Shown here piece by piece: positions 57,314 to 64,000 of a DNA stretch of 64,000 nt. The notes beneath the pieces are model-generated. The model was given only the letters and a program-made list of their open reading frames with translations, was not told the DNA's origin and did not search any database. This stretch comes from Gammaproteobacteria bacterium (GTDB lineage Bacteria > Pseudomonadota > Gammaproteobacteria > Arenicellales > JAANXG01), in assembly GCA_024639325.1 (NCBI GenBank), contig JAHEIO010000002.1, forward strand, positions 24,132 to 88,131, written 5' to 3'. Numbering within the stretch: the first letter of the stretch is position 1; each line of letters starts with the position of its first letter. The position numbers and the translations under genes are program-made.

Positions 57314-58168
57314 GTGGGGAAAAAGCGCTCCACATTTCTGTTTTCGGTGCTGTGTTTCGGCATGGCTTTCCTGTACGTGCCGATGATATTTTTGATTATC
57401 TACTCTTTCAATTACTCGAAGATCGTCGCCGTCTGGGGGGGGTGGTCGTTGCGCTGGTATGCGGAACTGTTCCGCAGCCAGGAGATCTGGGATGCGCTTG
57501 TTCTCAGTCTTAAGATCGCGCTGATGAATGCCACTTTCGCGACCCTGCTGGGTACGCTGGCGGGACTTGCCCTGGTGCGCTTCGGCCGATTCAAGGGCCG
57601 CACGTTGTTTACCGGGATGATCACCGCGCCGCTGGTCATGCCCGAGGTAATAACGGGGCTTTCACTGCTGCTGTTGTTCATTACGCTGGGCGACCTGATC
57701 GGGTGGCCCGGCGAGCGCGGAATCACAACGATTACCATTGCGCACATCACATTCTCCATGGCTTATGTCGCGGTAATCATCCAATCCAGGCTTGCGGGCA
57801 TGGCTCAGGATCTGGAGGAAGCCGCCATGGATCTTGGCGGCAAGCCGTTTCGGGTGCTGGTGGATATCACCTTGCCGCTGCTTGCACCGGGTATGGTCTC
57901 GGGCTGGCTGCTGTCGTTTACCCTGTCGCTGGATGATCTGGTGATCGCGAGCTTCGTTTCAGGCCCAGGGGCGAATACCCTGCCCATGTTGATTTATTCC
58001 CGTGTTCGACTGGGCCTGAAGCCTGATATCAATGCGCTGGCCACCATTATCATCGTGGTGGTGGCGGTTGGTGTCATTGCCGCCGGCTACCTGATGTTGA
58101 GACAGCAGAAACAGCGCGAAAGGGACATGCAGATGGCGGCGACCGACACGGTGAAGGTGACTGCGTAG
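57314..58168 (+). CDS. potI: Polyamine ABC transporter permease
   Basis: 284 aa with six TM segments and the EAA-loop EEAAMDLGGKP. GTG start 2 nt after the potH stop. Confidence 0.85.
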   Translation: MGKKRSTFLFSVLCFGMAFLYVPMIFLIIYSFNYSKIVAVWGGWSLRWYAELFRSQEIWDALVLSLKIALMNATFATLLGTLAGLALVRFGRFKGRTLFTGMITAPLVMPEVITGLSLLLLFITLGDLIGWPGERGITTITIAHITFSMAYVAVIIQSRLAGMAQDLEEAAMDLGGKPFRVLVDITLPLLAPGMVSGWLLSFTLSLDDLVIASFVSGPGANTLPMLIYSRVRLGLKPDINALATIIIVVVAVGVIAAGYLMLRQQKQRERDMQMAATDTVKVTA

Positions 58169-58264
58169 TATTTAAGTTGCAGTTCGCAGCAGGCTAATGG
58201 TGCAGTATGCCCGATGCCAAGCGAAGGTTTGTAGGAGCGGCGCCGCGCCGGGACTGTAACTCGT

Positions 58265-60100
58265 TTACAAGAGCGACAGGGAATCGTTTATCTTTGCCAC
58301 CGTACCCGCGCCCGGTTCTTTTTCCAATTTTCCCACTGGCAGCCTATTCTGGATCTGCCGGTGGAACGCGCTTACCCCCCATTCGGCACTGCTCAACGTG
58401 CCTTCAGGGAACGCACTGGAATTCATGCCTTCCTGGATCCAGTTCACGAAGCTCTCGTCCTCGAATGAGGTCTGCCTGTTGATTCTCATGTTCAGGTATC
58501 GGGCCGCGCGGGCTTCCCGGCGCGAGTCGGGCAGTGCGAAGCTGCGGCCGGTGTACATCGTTTTCCCTGGTGCCACGGGCAGCGTCATATAGTATTCCAT
58601 GCTGTCTGGGTACAGAGCGAAGACCAGATTGGGAAATAGCGCGAAGTAAAACCAACGCCGCTGGTTTTCGTCCGGCAAATGGGCGTAGTGCGGCAGGCAC
58701 TTTTGATAGTTGGCCACGCTCCACAGCTTCCCCGGTTTATCCTGGATCCGACCATAGGACCACGGCAGGCCGTCCTCCTCGAGGTCCTCGTATTCACGGC
58801 CAAACAGCTGGTGCAGGGATGGATGACCGACGGGTACATGGTAGCCTTCGTTGTCGATATCGTGAATGACTTTCCAGTTGACCGACCGTGTCTGCCTGAA
58901 TTCGGGGATGATCGGCTGCATGTTCTGCAGTTGATAAGGAGCGACTTTCTCCTCTATCCGTTCAAGTGTGGATGCAACACTCGAATCGGTACGCCGAAAT
59001 GCGACGAACACAAAACCGTTCCACACCTCCAGATCGATAGGCACCAGGCCGAGCGTGCGCTTGTCCAGATCAGTAAAGGTGGTCGCCGCAGGAACGCTTT
59101 TCAGGCTGCCGTCCAGGTTGTAGGACCAGCCGTGAAACGGGCAAACCATCGCGCGTTTGCAGCTGCCCTTTTGATCACGTACCACACGGCCACCACGATG
59201 GCGGCAGACGTTGTGAAATGCCTGCAATTCATTATCGGTGCCTCGAATTACGATGGCGCGTTCTCCCAGGCCGTCGAAGGTGACGAAGTCGCCCGCTTCG
59301 CGAAGTTCGCTGAGGTGTCCGGCAAGCAGCCAGTTGTGCTTGAATAGATGCTCGACCTCGAGATCAAAAAACTCGTCGTTGGCATAGGTCCAGGGGGCCA
59401 TGAGCGTCCGAAACGGCGGACTGTCCGGGATGCTGCGGGGTTTGACATCGTCGAAACGCCCGGGAAACAGGTTCATCAGATAGCCTATGCAGGTAGCCTT
59501 GGCCTTGCCGCAATCGAAAACGTCCGGTTCACGCAGAAGGTCCTCCCAGTAGCCGTCGAGCAGGCCTTCGAAGCCGCGGGCCGCAGCATGGGTGTCGAAC
59601 CGGGAATGGGCGCCCTGCCGGCATAGCTGCGAGAAAGACCGGTGGATGACGTCATATCGTGCGGAATCTTTGGCACCGCATATAGCCAGGTAGTCTGATC
59701 GGGCCTGACTTTCGCCCCAGTATGCCGACCATACTGCCGCCTTGTGGCTGTTGAAAATCCGAGGATCGAAGAAGGCGTCGATGAGTCGCAGCAGAACGAG
59801 GTCCGGCTCCGCGTCGTGTTCGACCGCGGACTGCACCTGGGCATCGAACTCGTTTGCCATCTCTTGCAGCGTTTCGAGGAGCAGCTGTGTCTTGCTTTTG
59901 AAGTAAAAATTGACGATGCCGGGAGACAATTTCGCCGCACTTGCGACCTTTGCCAGGGTGACGCGTGACAGGCCGTGTTCAGCAATAGTCAGTATCGTTG
60001 CATCGATGAGCTGACGTCGGCGTTGGTTGCGGGCGAAATTATTGGACAGGGATGCCTTGCCAGTGGGTGTTGCGGTAGCCATGGATGGTCCGGATTGCAT
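58265..60100 (-). CDS. Fusion protein: TetR-family HTH regulator (N-terminal ~215 aa) + Rieske [2Fe-2S] non-haem-iron oxygenase alpha subunit
   Basis: A single uninterrupted 611-aa ORF. The TetR HTH is ILTIAEHGLSRVTLAKVASAAKLSPGIVNFYFKSK. The Rieske motif is CRHRGGRV...CPFHGWSY. The mononuclear iron motif is DNEGYHVPVGH. The start is 60100 or 60082. Confidence 0.75.
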   Translation of the reverse strand: MQSGPSMATATPTGKASLSNNFARNQRRRQLIDATILTIAEHGLSRVTLAKVASAAKLSPGIVNFYFKSKTQLLLETLQEMANEFDAQVQSAVEHDAEPDLVLLRLIDAFFDPRIFNSHKAAVWSAYWGESQARSDYLAICGAKDSARYDVIHRSFSQLCRQGAHSRFDTHAAARGFEGLLDGYWEDLLREPDVFDCGKAKATCIGYLMNLFPGRFDDVKPRSIPDSPPFRTLMAPWTYANDEFFDLEVEHLFKHNWLLAGHLSELREAGDFVTFDGLGERAIVIRGTDNELQAFHNVCRHRGGRVVRDQKGSCKRAMVCPFHGWSYNLDGSLKSVPAATTFTDLDKRTLGLVPIDLEVWNGFVFVAFRRTDSSVASTLERIEEKVAPYQLQNMQPIIPEFRQTRSVNWKVIHDIDNEGYHVPVGHPSLHQLFGREYEDLEEDGLPWSYGRIQDKPGKLWSVANYQKCLPHYAHLPDENQRRWFYFALFPNLVFALYPDSMEYYMTLPVAPGKTMYTGRSFALPDSRREARAARYLNMRINRQTSFEDESFVNWIQEGMNSSAFPEGTLSSAEWGVSAFHRQIQNRLPVGKLEKEPGAGTVAKINDSLSLL

Positions 60101-60114
60101 CGGAAATGGTCAAA

Positions 60115-60150
60115 TTATACAATCGTTCAAAATATTAAACAATTGTATAA
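60115..60150. promoter_or_regulatory. Candidate operator: 9-bp perfect inverted repeat in a divergent promoter region
   Basis: TTATACAAT (60115-60123) and ATTGTATAA (60142-60150) are separated by 18 nt. They lie in the AT-rich 55-bp gap between the TetR-Rieske gene and the amine oxidase gene. Confidence 0.4.
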
Positions 60151-60155
60151 GTTTT

Positions 60156-61445
60156 ATGGATGTGGATTTGGTGATTGTCGGAGCTGGGGCGGCGGGTATC
60201 GGCGCGGCCAAGGCGGCGCGTCGGCTGGATCTTGATCACGTCGTGGTCGAGGCCTCCCACCGGATCGGGGGCAGGGCATATACGGAGCATCCTGCGCCCG
60301 GGATTTGGTTCGATCTGGGATGCCACTGGCTGCACAGCGCCAGCCGCAACCCGCTGACCCGCTTGCTCGTGCCTTACGGGATGGACGTCCAGAAAACCTG
60401 GCACTGGCGGTCGGGTATTTTTCGTAACAAACGATGGCTGGATGGCAAAAAAGCCAGGGAATTCGAGATAAAAGCGCTCGACGCCGCGGCCGAGCTGGCC
60501 GGCCAGGGCGAGGATATCGCGGTGTGCGATGCCTATGATCGTGACAGCGAGTGGGCGCCCCTCATGGACTACTGGATTTCGCTCAACCACTCGACCGATT
60601 CCGACCAGGTTTCCATCAGGGATATGTGTGCCTATGAGGCCACTGGCGAGAACCAGGACTGGCCCGTCAAGCAGGGGCTCGGCACCCTAATTGCCAGATT
60701 CGGTGCGGATGTGCCGGTTCTGCTCAATGCAGCGGTTACCCGTATCGATTACAGTGGCGGTGTAATTCTGGTCCATACGAAGGGCGGCGATATACGGGCG
60801 TCGCGAGTGCTGCTAACGGTATCCACGGGCGTGCTGAACGCGGGCGACGTCAAATTCACACCCGCGTTGCCCGCCTGGAAGCAGGATGCTATCAACGATC
60901 TGCCGCTTGGAAATCACAACCGGATCTGCCTGGTATTCGACCGTGATGTCTTCGGGGTTTACCGGCGGGACACGGCGACGTTCTTTGATGACGATGATCC
61001 CCCGATGAATTTTTGCATAAGCCCGTTCGGATCGAACTGTGCGGTTGCGGTCACGGGAGGCCGGTTCGCCGACTGGCTTGAGCGGGCGGGGCAGCAGGCG
61101 TCGATCGACTACGCGCGCGAGAGGCTGGTGAAAATGTTTGGTAGCGAGGCGGGACGGCACATCGAAAATGCCACGGTAAGCGCATGGCGCGGAGATCCCT
61201 GGATACGCGGTGCCTATTCCGCAACCAGACCGGGTGCATATGGGGCAAGACATATGCTGGCTGAGCCTGTCGATGAGAAGATATACTTTGCCGGCGAGGC
61301 AACTTCTGAAAATTTCATGGACACCGCACACGGTGCATATATTTCAGGCGTTCGTGAAACACTGCGCGTAGCGAATACCATTTCATCTAACGACCGCAAT
61401 CCTGTTCATCCTGAAGCAATGGCGCGGGAACTCGCATCCTGTTGA
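60156..61445 (+). CDS. Flavin-containing amine oxidase family protein
   Basis: From ATG 60156: MDVDLVIVGAGAAGIGAAKAA (FAD GxGxxG), ...EASHRIGGR..., and C-terminal YFAGEATS. The upstream extension of the ORF (60027) overlaps the divergent gene. Confidence 0.8.
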   Translation: MDVDLVIVGAGAAGIGAAKAARRLDLDHVVVEASHRIGGRAYTEHPAPGIWFDLGCHWLHSASRNPLTRLLVPYGMDVQKTWHWRSGIFRNKRWLDGKKAREFEIKALDAAAELAGQGEDIAVCDAYDRDSEWAPLMDYWISLNHSTDSDQVSIRDMCAYEATGENQDWPVKQGLGTLIARFGADVPVLLNAAVTRIDYSGGVILVHTKGGDIRASRVLLTVSTGVLNAGDVKFTPALPAWKQDAINDLPLGNHNRICLVFDRDVFGVYRRDTATFFDDDDPPMNFCISPFGSNCAVAVTGGRFADWLERAGQQASIDYARERLVKMFGSEAGRHIENATVSAWRGDPWIRGAYSATRPGAYGARHMLAEPVDEKIYFAGEATSENFMDTAHGAYISGVRETLRVANTISSNDRNPVHPEAMARELASC

Positions 61446-61493
61446 ATCGTTTCGGCTGGCAGGCCCACTGGGGTCGAAGCGTTATTCGCGCAG

Positions 61494-62396
61494 TCAATAA
61501 ATTCTTGACGGCGTCCACGGCAGACGAGTCACGATCATCCCGCCCAGTACGAATATGAGCGCGATCCAGCTTGCCTTTGTCGGGACCTCGTTCAAAAACA
61601 GCCAGCCCCAGAACAAACCGAATACCGGGATCAGCAGGCTCACCTGGGACAAGAATGTCGTGCCCACCTGCTGTATGATTTGTATGCGCAGCAAATAGGC
61701 GAAAGCGGTGGGCACGAGACCGAGATAAATCAATGCCGCGACCGACGTCCAATCGGGTTGCTTGGGCAGGGGATCGTCGAACAGAAACATGAGCGGGCCC
61801 ATGTAGGCGCTCGAAGTCAGCAGCACGCCCGCGCTGATCACCAGCGTGGGCACTCCCGTGATACGCCGAATGATCAGGGACGACAGGATATACAGCGTCA
61901 CCGCGGCGACGATGGCGACCTGGCCCGCCACTGCAGTGGGGCTTCCATCCAGCGCCTCCGCACCTATGAGAACGACTACGCCGGAAAACCCGATCGCGAC
62001 GCCGGTGAATTTGGGTATGCTGAATCGATCGTCGTGGGTAAGGTAATGCGATAGAAGGAGCGAGATGAAGGTGCCGCTGGCAATGACGATAGAGGTAGTG
62101 CCGCTGGAAATGAACTGCTGCCCCCAGCTGATCAGTGTGAAGGGGAACGCGTTGTACAACAATCCGGTAGCGGTAAACAGCGCCCATGTTTTTATATCGC
62201 GGGGAAAATTCAGCTGCATTATCAGAACGACGGGCGCGAGCGACAGTGCCGCGATCACGATGCGCCAGGATGCAATGGCAAAGGGCGAGAAGTCACCCAG
62301 GGCGACCTCGATGCACATGAATGCCGAAGACCAGATTGCACCCAGTAAAACGAGCTTGATGGAGTCTTCGAGCGCGGGCGGCCTGATAGTCTGCAC
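61494..62396 (-). CDS. EamA/DMT-family transporter
   Basis: 300 aa with ten hydrophobic segments arranged as two EamA-like halves. Confidence 0.75.
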   Translation of the reverse strand: MQTIRPPALEDSIKLVLLGAIWSSAFMCIEVALGDFSPFAIASWRIVIAALSLAPVVLIMQLNFPRDIKTWALFTATGLLYNAFPFTLISWGQQFISSGTTSIVIASGTFISLLLSHYLTHDDRFSIPKFTGVAIGFSGVVVLIGAEALDGSPTAVAGQVAIVAAVTLYILSSLIIRRITGVPTLVISAGVLLTSSAYMGPLMFLFDDPLPKQPDWTSVAALIYLGLVPTAFAYLLRIQIIQQVGTTFLSQVSLLIPVFGLFWGWLFLNEVPTKASWIALIFVLGGMIVTRLPWTPSRIY

Positions 62397-62552
62397 TCAG
62401 GCTGAAAGCTCCATCGGCGAGGACCCAGGCATTTCTTCCAGTGATTCAGTATCCCCGGCAGCGAAATTATCAGCTTGCCGCGGCAGCTCGATCAGCGGCT
62501 TCTCACCATGGTGATCGGCCTGATTGTCGGAGTTCACGTATTCTTTTTCGCC

Positions 62553-63182
62553 CTATCGGTCGGTTGTAATCAGCTTCAACGCAAGTGCCGCGAAGACCGT
62601 TCCCGCTATCCAGTTTATGATTCGCTGTGCCCGAGGCGACCGGTTTAGCCACTCCCCAAGTGAACCACCGAGGACAGCAATGCCGCTAAATACCAGCAGG
62701 GTCGCAATGATGAAGACTCCTCCCAGAGCCATGAGTTGCAGGGTCAGTCTGCCGCGGTCGGGGCTTACGAACTGGGGCAGAAAGGCCAGGAAAAAAATCG
62801 ACACCTTCGGATTGGTGATGTTCATGATGATGCCTCTGGCATACAGTCGCCTGTTGTTCAACTTTGAATTTTGATCGGTATGCAGCTCCCGGGCCGAGGC
62901 GCGAAAAGCGCCCCAGGCCAGATACAGAAGGTACGCGCCGCCGATGAGTTTCAGCGCCGTAAACGCTGCTGCCGACGCCTGGAATATTGCGGCGACGCCG
63001 AACGACACCGCCGTGGTGTGAACAAGCAGGCCCGTGCACAGACCCATGACGACTATCAGTCCTGCACTGCGGCCGTGTAGTGCCGACTGAGTGAGCACAA
63101 AAATATTGTCAGGGCCCGGCGCCAGACCGAGCAGGACCGAGGCGAGGAAGAATGCTGCAATTGTCTCGGTTGGAATCAACAC
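62553..63182 (-). CDS. LysE/RhtB-family amino-acid exporter
   Basis: About 209 aa with an N-terminal FFLASVLLGLAPGPDNIFVL motif and six TM segments. The start is probably GTG/TTG near 63182; the Pro-rich ORF extension to 63242 is unlikely to be translated. Confidence 0.75.
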   Translation of the reverse strand: MLIPTETIAAFFLASVLLGLAPGPDNIFVLTQSALHGRSAGLIVVMGLCTGLLVHTTAVSFGVAAIFQASAAAFTALKLIGGAYLLYLAWGAFRASARELHTDQNSKLNNRRLYARGIIMNITNPKVSIFFLAFLPQFVSPDRGRLTLQLMALGGVFIIATLLVFSGIAVLGGSLGEWLNRSPRAQRIINWIAGTVFAALALKLITTDR

Positions 63183-63500
63183 GTTTTCTGATCTCCGGCG
63201 TGGTGGTCCTGGTGGAGGGGGCGGGCTACCGAACAAGTACAATGTTATATCAATAAATTCATATGCTTACAAAAGTACGAGCTGGGTATCCGCCGCCCAG
63301 GATCCAAGTGGCGGATCGAAGACGCTTGAGGATTCATTGCAGCGATGTTCAGTGGTAAGGTGATTAAAAAGTCAATAAATGCTACATACACGCAGGAAAA
63401 ATGATCGCCACGGCGTTTCAGCGATTCGGAATTGGGGCTTCAGCTGTGTCAAACTGAGAGGTCGAGCTCAATACGTCATTCCACAATCAGGCGCTTCACC

Positions 63501-64000
63501 ATGAATGATCAAGCACTCACGCGGTGCGTACTATTCGACAACCTCACCCGGCAAGAACTTGACCTGCTGTCCGGAGAAGGCAAAAAGTACCACGTGCCGG
63601 AGCAGCACGTTTTCTTCGACATGGGCGCGTCCAATGATTCAATGTTCGTCATTTTGTCGGGTTCCGTATTGATCGAGATACCGAGTGCCGAGGTTGATGT
63701 GGAACTTGCCGTGCTCGGAAGTGGCGCGATTTTTGGTGAGATGTCCTTCATTGATAGCAGCAAGACCACCGCAAAAGTCAGTACGGTCGCACCCACAGAA
63801 GTGCTCGAACTTCGAAAGAGCGATTTTGACCGGATCCTCAATGATCGACCCGAGCTGGCCATCAAGTTTTGGCAGAACCTTACACTCGAGTTCAAAAGAC
63901 GATTGGCGAGCACGGATGAACTCGTCGAACACTACGCAGACCTCAGTCAGGTGCTGCGCGACAAACCCGCGGTTGCCAACCTGCTTACCGATGCAATAGA
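63501..64000 (+). CDS. Cyclic-nucleotide-binding domain protein (3' end outside window)
   Basis: Not in the ORF track because there is no stop before the window end. My translation from ATG 63501 is MNDQALTRCVLFDNLTRQELDLLSGEGKKYHVPEQHVFFDMGASNDSMFVILSGSVLIEI...GSGAIFGEMSFID...TAKVSTVAPTEVLELRKSDFDRIL, which shows the cNMP-binding beta-barrel FGE motif. Confidence 0.7.
   Translation, partial: MNDQALTRCVLFDNLTRQELDLLSGEGKKYHVPEQHVFFDMGASNDSMFVILSGSVLIEIPSAEVDVELAVLGSGAIFGEMSFIDSSKTTAKVSTVAPTEVLELRKSDFDRILNDRPELAIKFWQNLTLEFKRRLASTDELVEHYADLSQVLRDKPAVANLLTDAI

Noticed and set aside
61387-62187. 266-aa minus-strand ORF overlapping the EamA transporter in another frame
   Set aside because: The EamA frame gives a coherent 10-TM protein. 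This frame gives Arg/His-rich low-complexity sequence.
1-64000. Scan for CRISPR arrays, rRNA genes, IS elements/transposases, integrases and phage structural genes
   Set aside because: I saw no regularly spaced direct repeats, no rRNA-like conserved sequence, and no DDE/tyrosine/serine recombinase-like translations in any frame of the ORF track.

Overview
A moderately GC-rich 64-kb chromosomal segment, probably gammaproteobacterial. This guess rests on by-eye similarity of GabD, PotF, Rnd, Mpl and TypA to enterobacterial and pseudomonad proteins, and on a cytochrome c5 / dsbA neighbourhood. I can support about 50 protein-coding genes and one tRNA-Arg(CCG). I found no rRNA, CRISPR array, transposase, integrase or prophage genes. 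All calls come from reading the ORF translations for motifs; no database search was possible. Many long ORFs in the six-frame track are antisense shadows of real genes and were discarded. Several ORF starts were trimmed using Shine-Dalgarno sites, ATGA overlaps or clashes with neighbouring genes. Housekeeping and metabolic content: typA, frmA, a dimethylglycine-dehydrogenase-like enzyme, NAD-formate dehydrogenase fdsBA, cytochrome c5, dsbA, mpl, rnd, mltA, a MoxR/VWA pair, a CDF transporter, gabD, prpE-like, potFGHI, and EamA and LysE exporters. Most interesting: (1) A roughly 15-kb accessory membrane-lipid cluster (26980-42298) sits between rnd and mltA. It combines a serine-palmitoyltransferase-like alpha-oxoamine synthase with a coupled SDR, three intact CDP-alcohol phosphatidyltransferases (two carrying degenerate nucleotidyltransferase-like N-domains), a separate NTP-transferase, a PLD-family enzyme, a radical SAM/SPASM enzyme, a MOP flippase, an MMPL/RND exporter and a stand-alone LptD N-terminal fragment. 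I do not recognise this combination as any characterised pathway. (2) A two-gene module (809-aa HerA/FtsK-like ATPase plus DUF4332 protein) sits directly against the 3' end of tRNA-Arg, between cytochrome c5 and dsbA. (3) A single 611-aa ORF fuses a complete TetR regulator to a complete Rieske oxygenase alpha subunit. A 9-bp inverted repeat lies in its promoter, and potFGHI and a flavin amine oxidase are adjacent. (4) A transmembrane kinase-like protein with Sel1/TPR repeats has altered ATP/Mg-binding residues and is a predicted pseudokinase.
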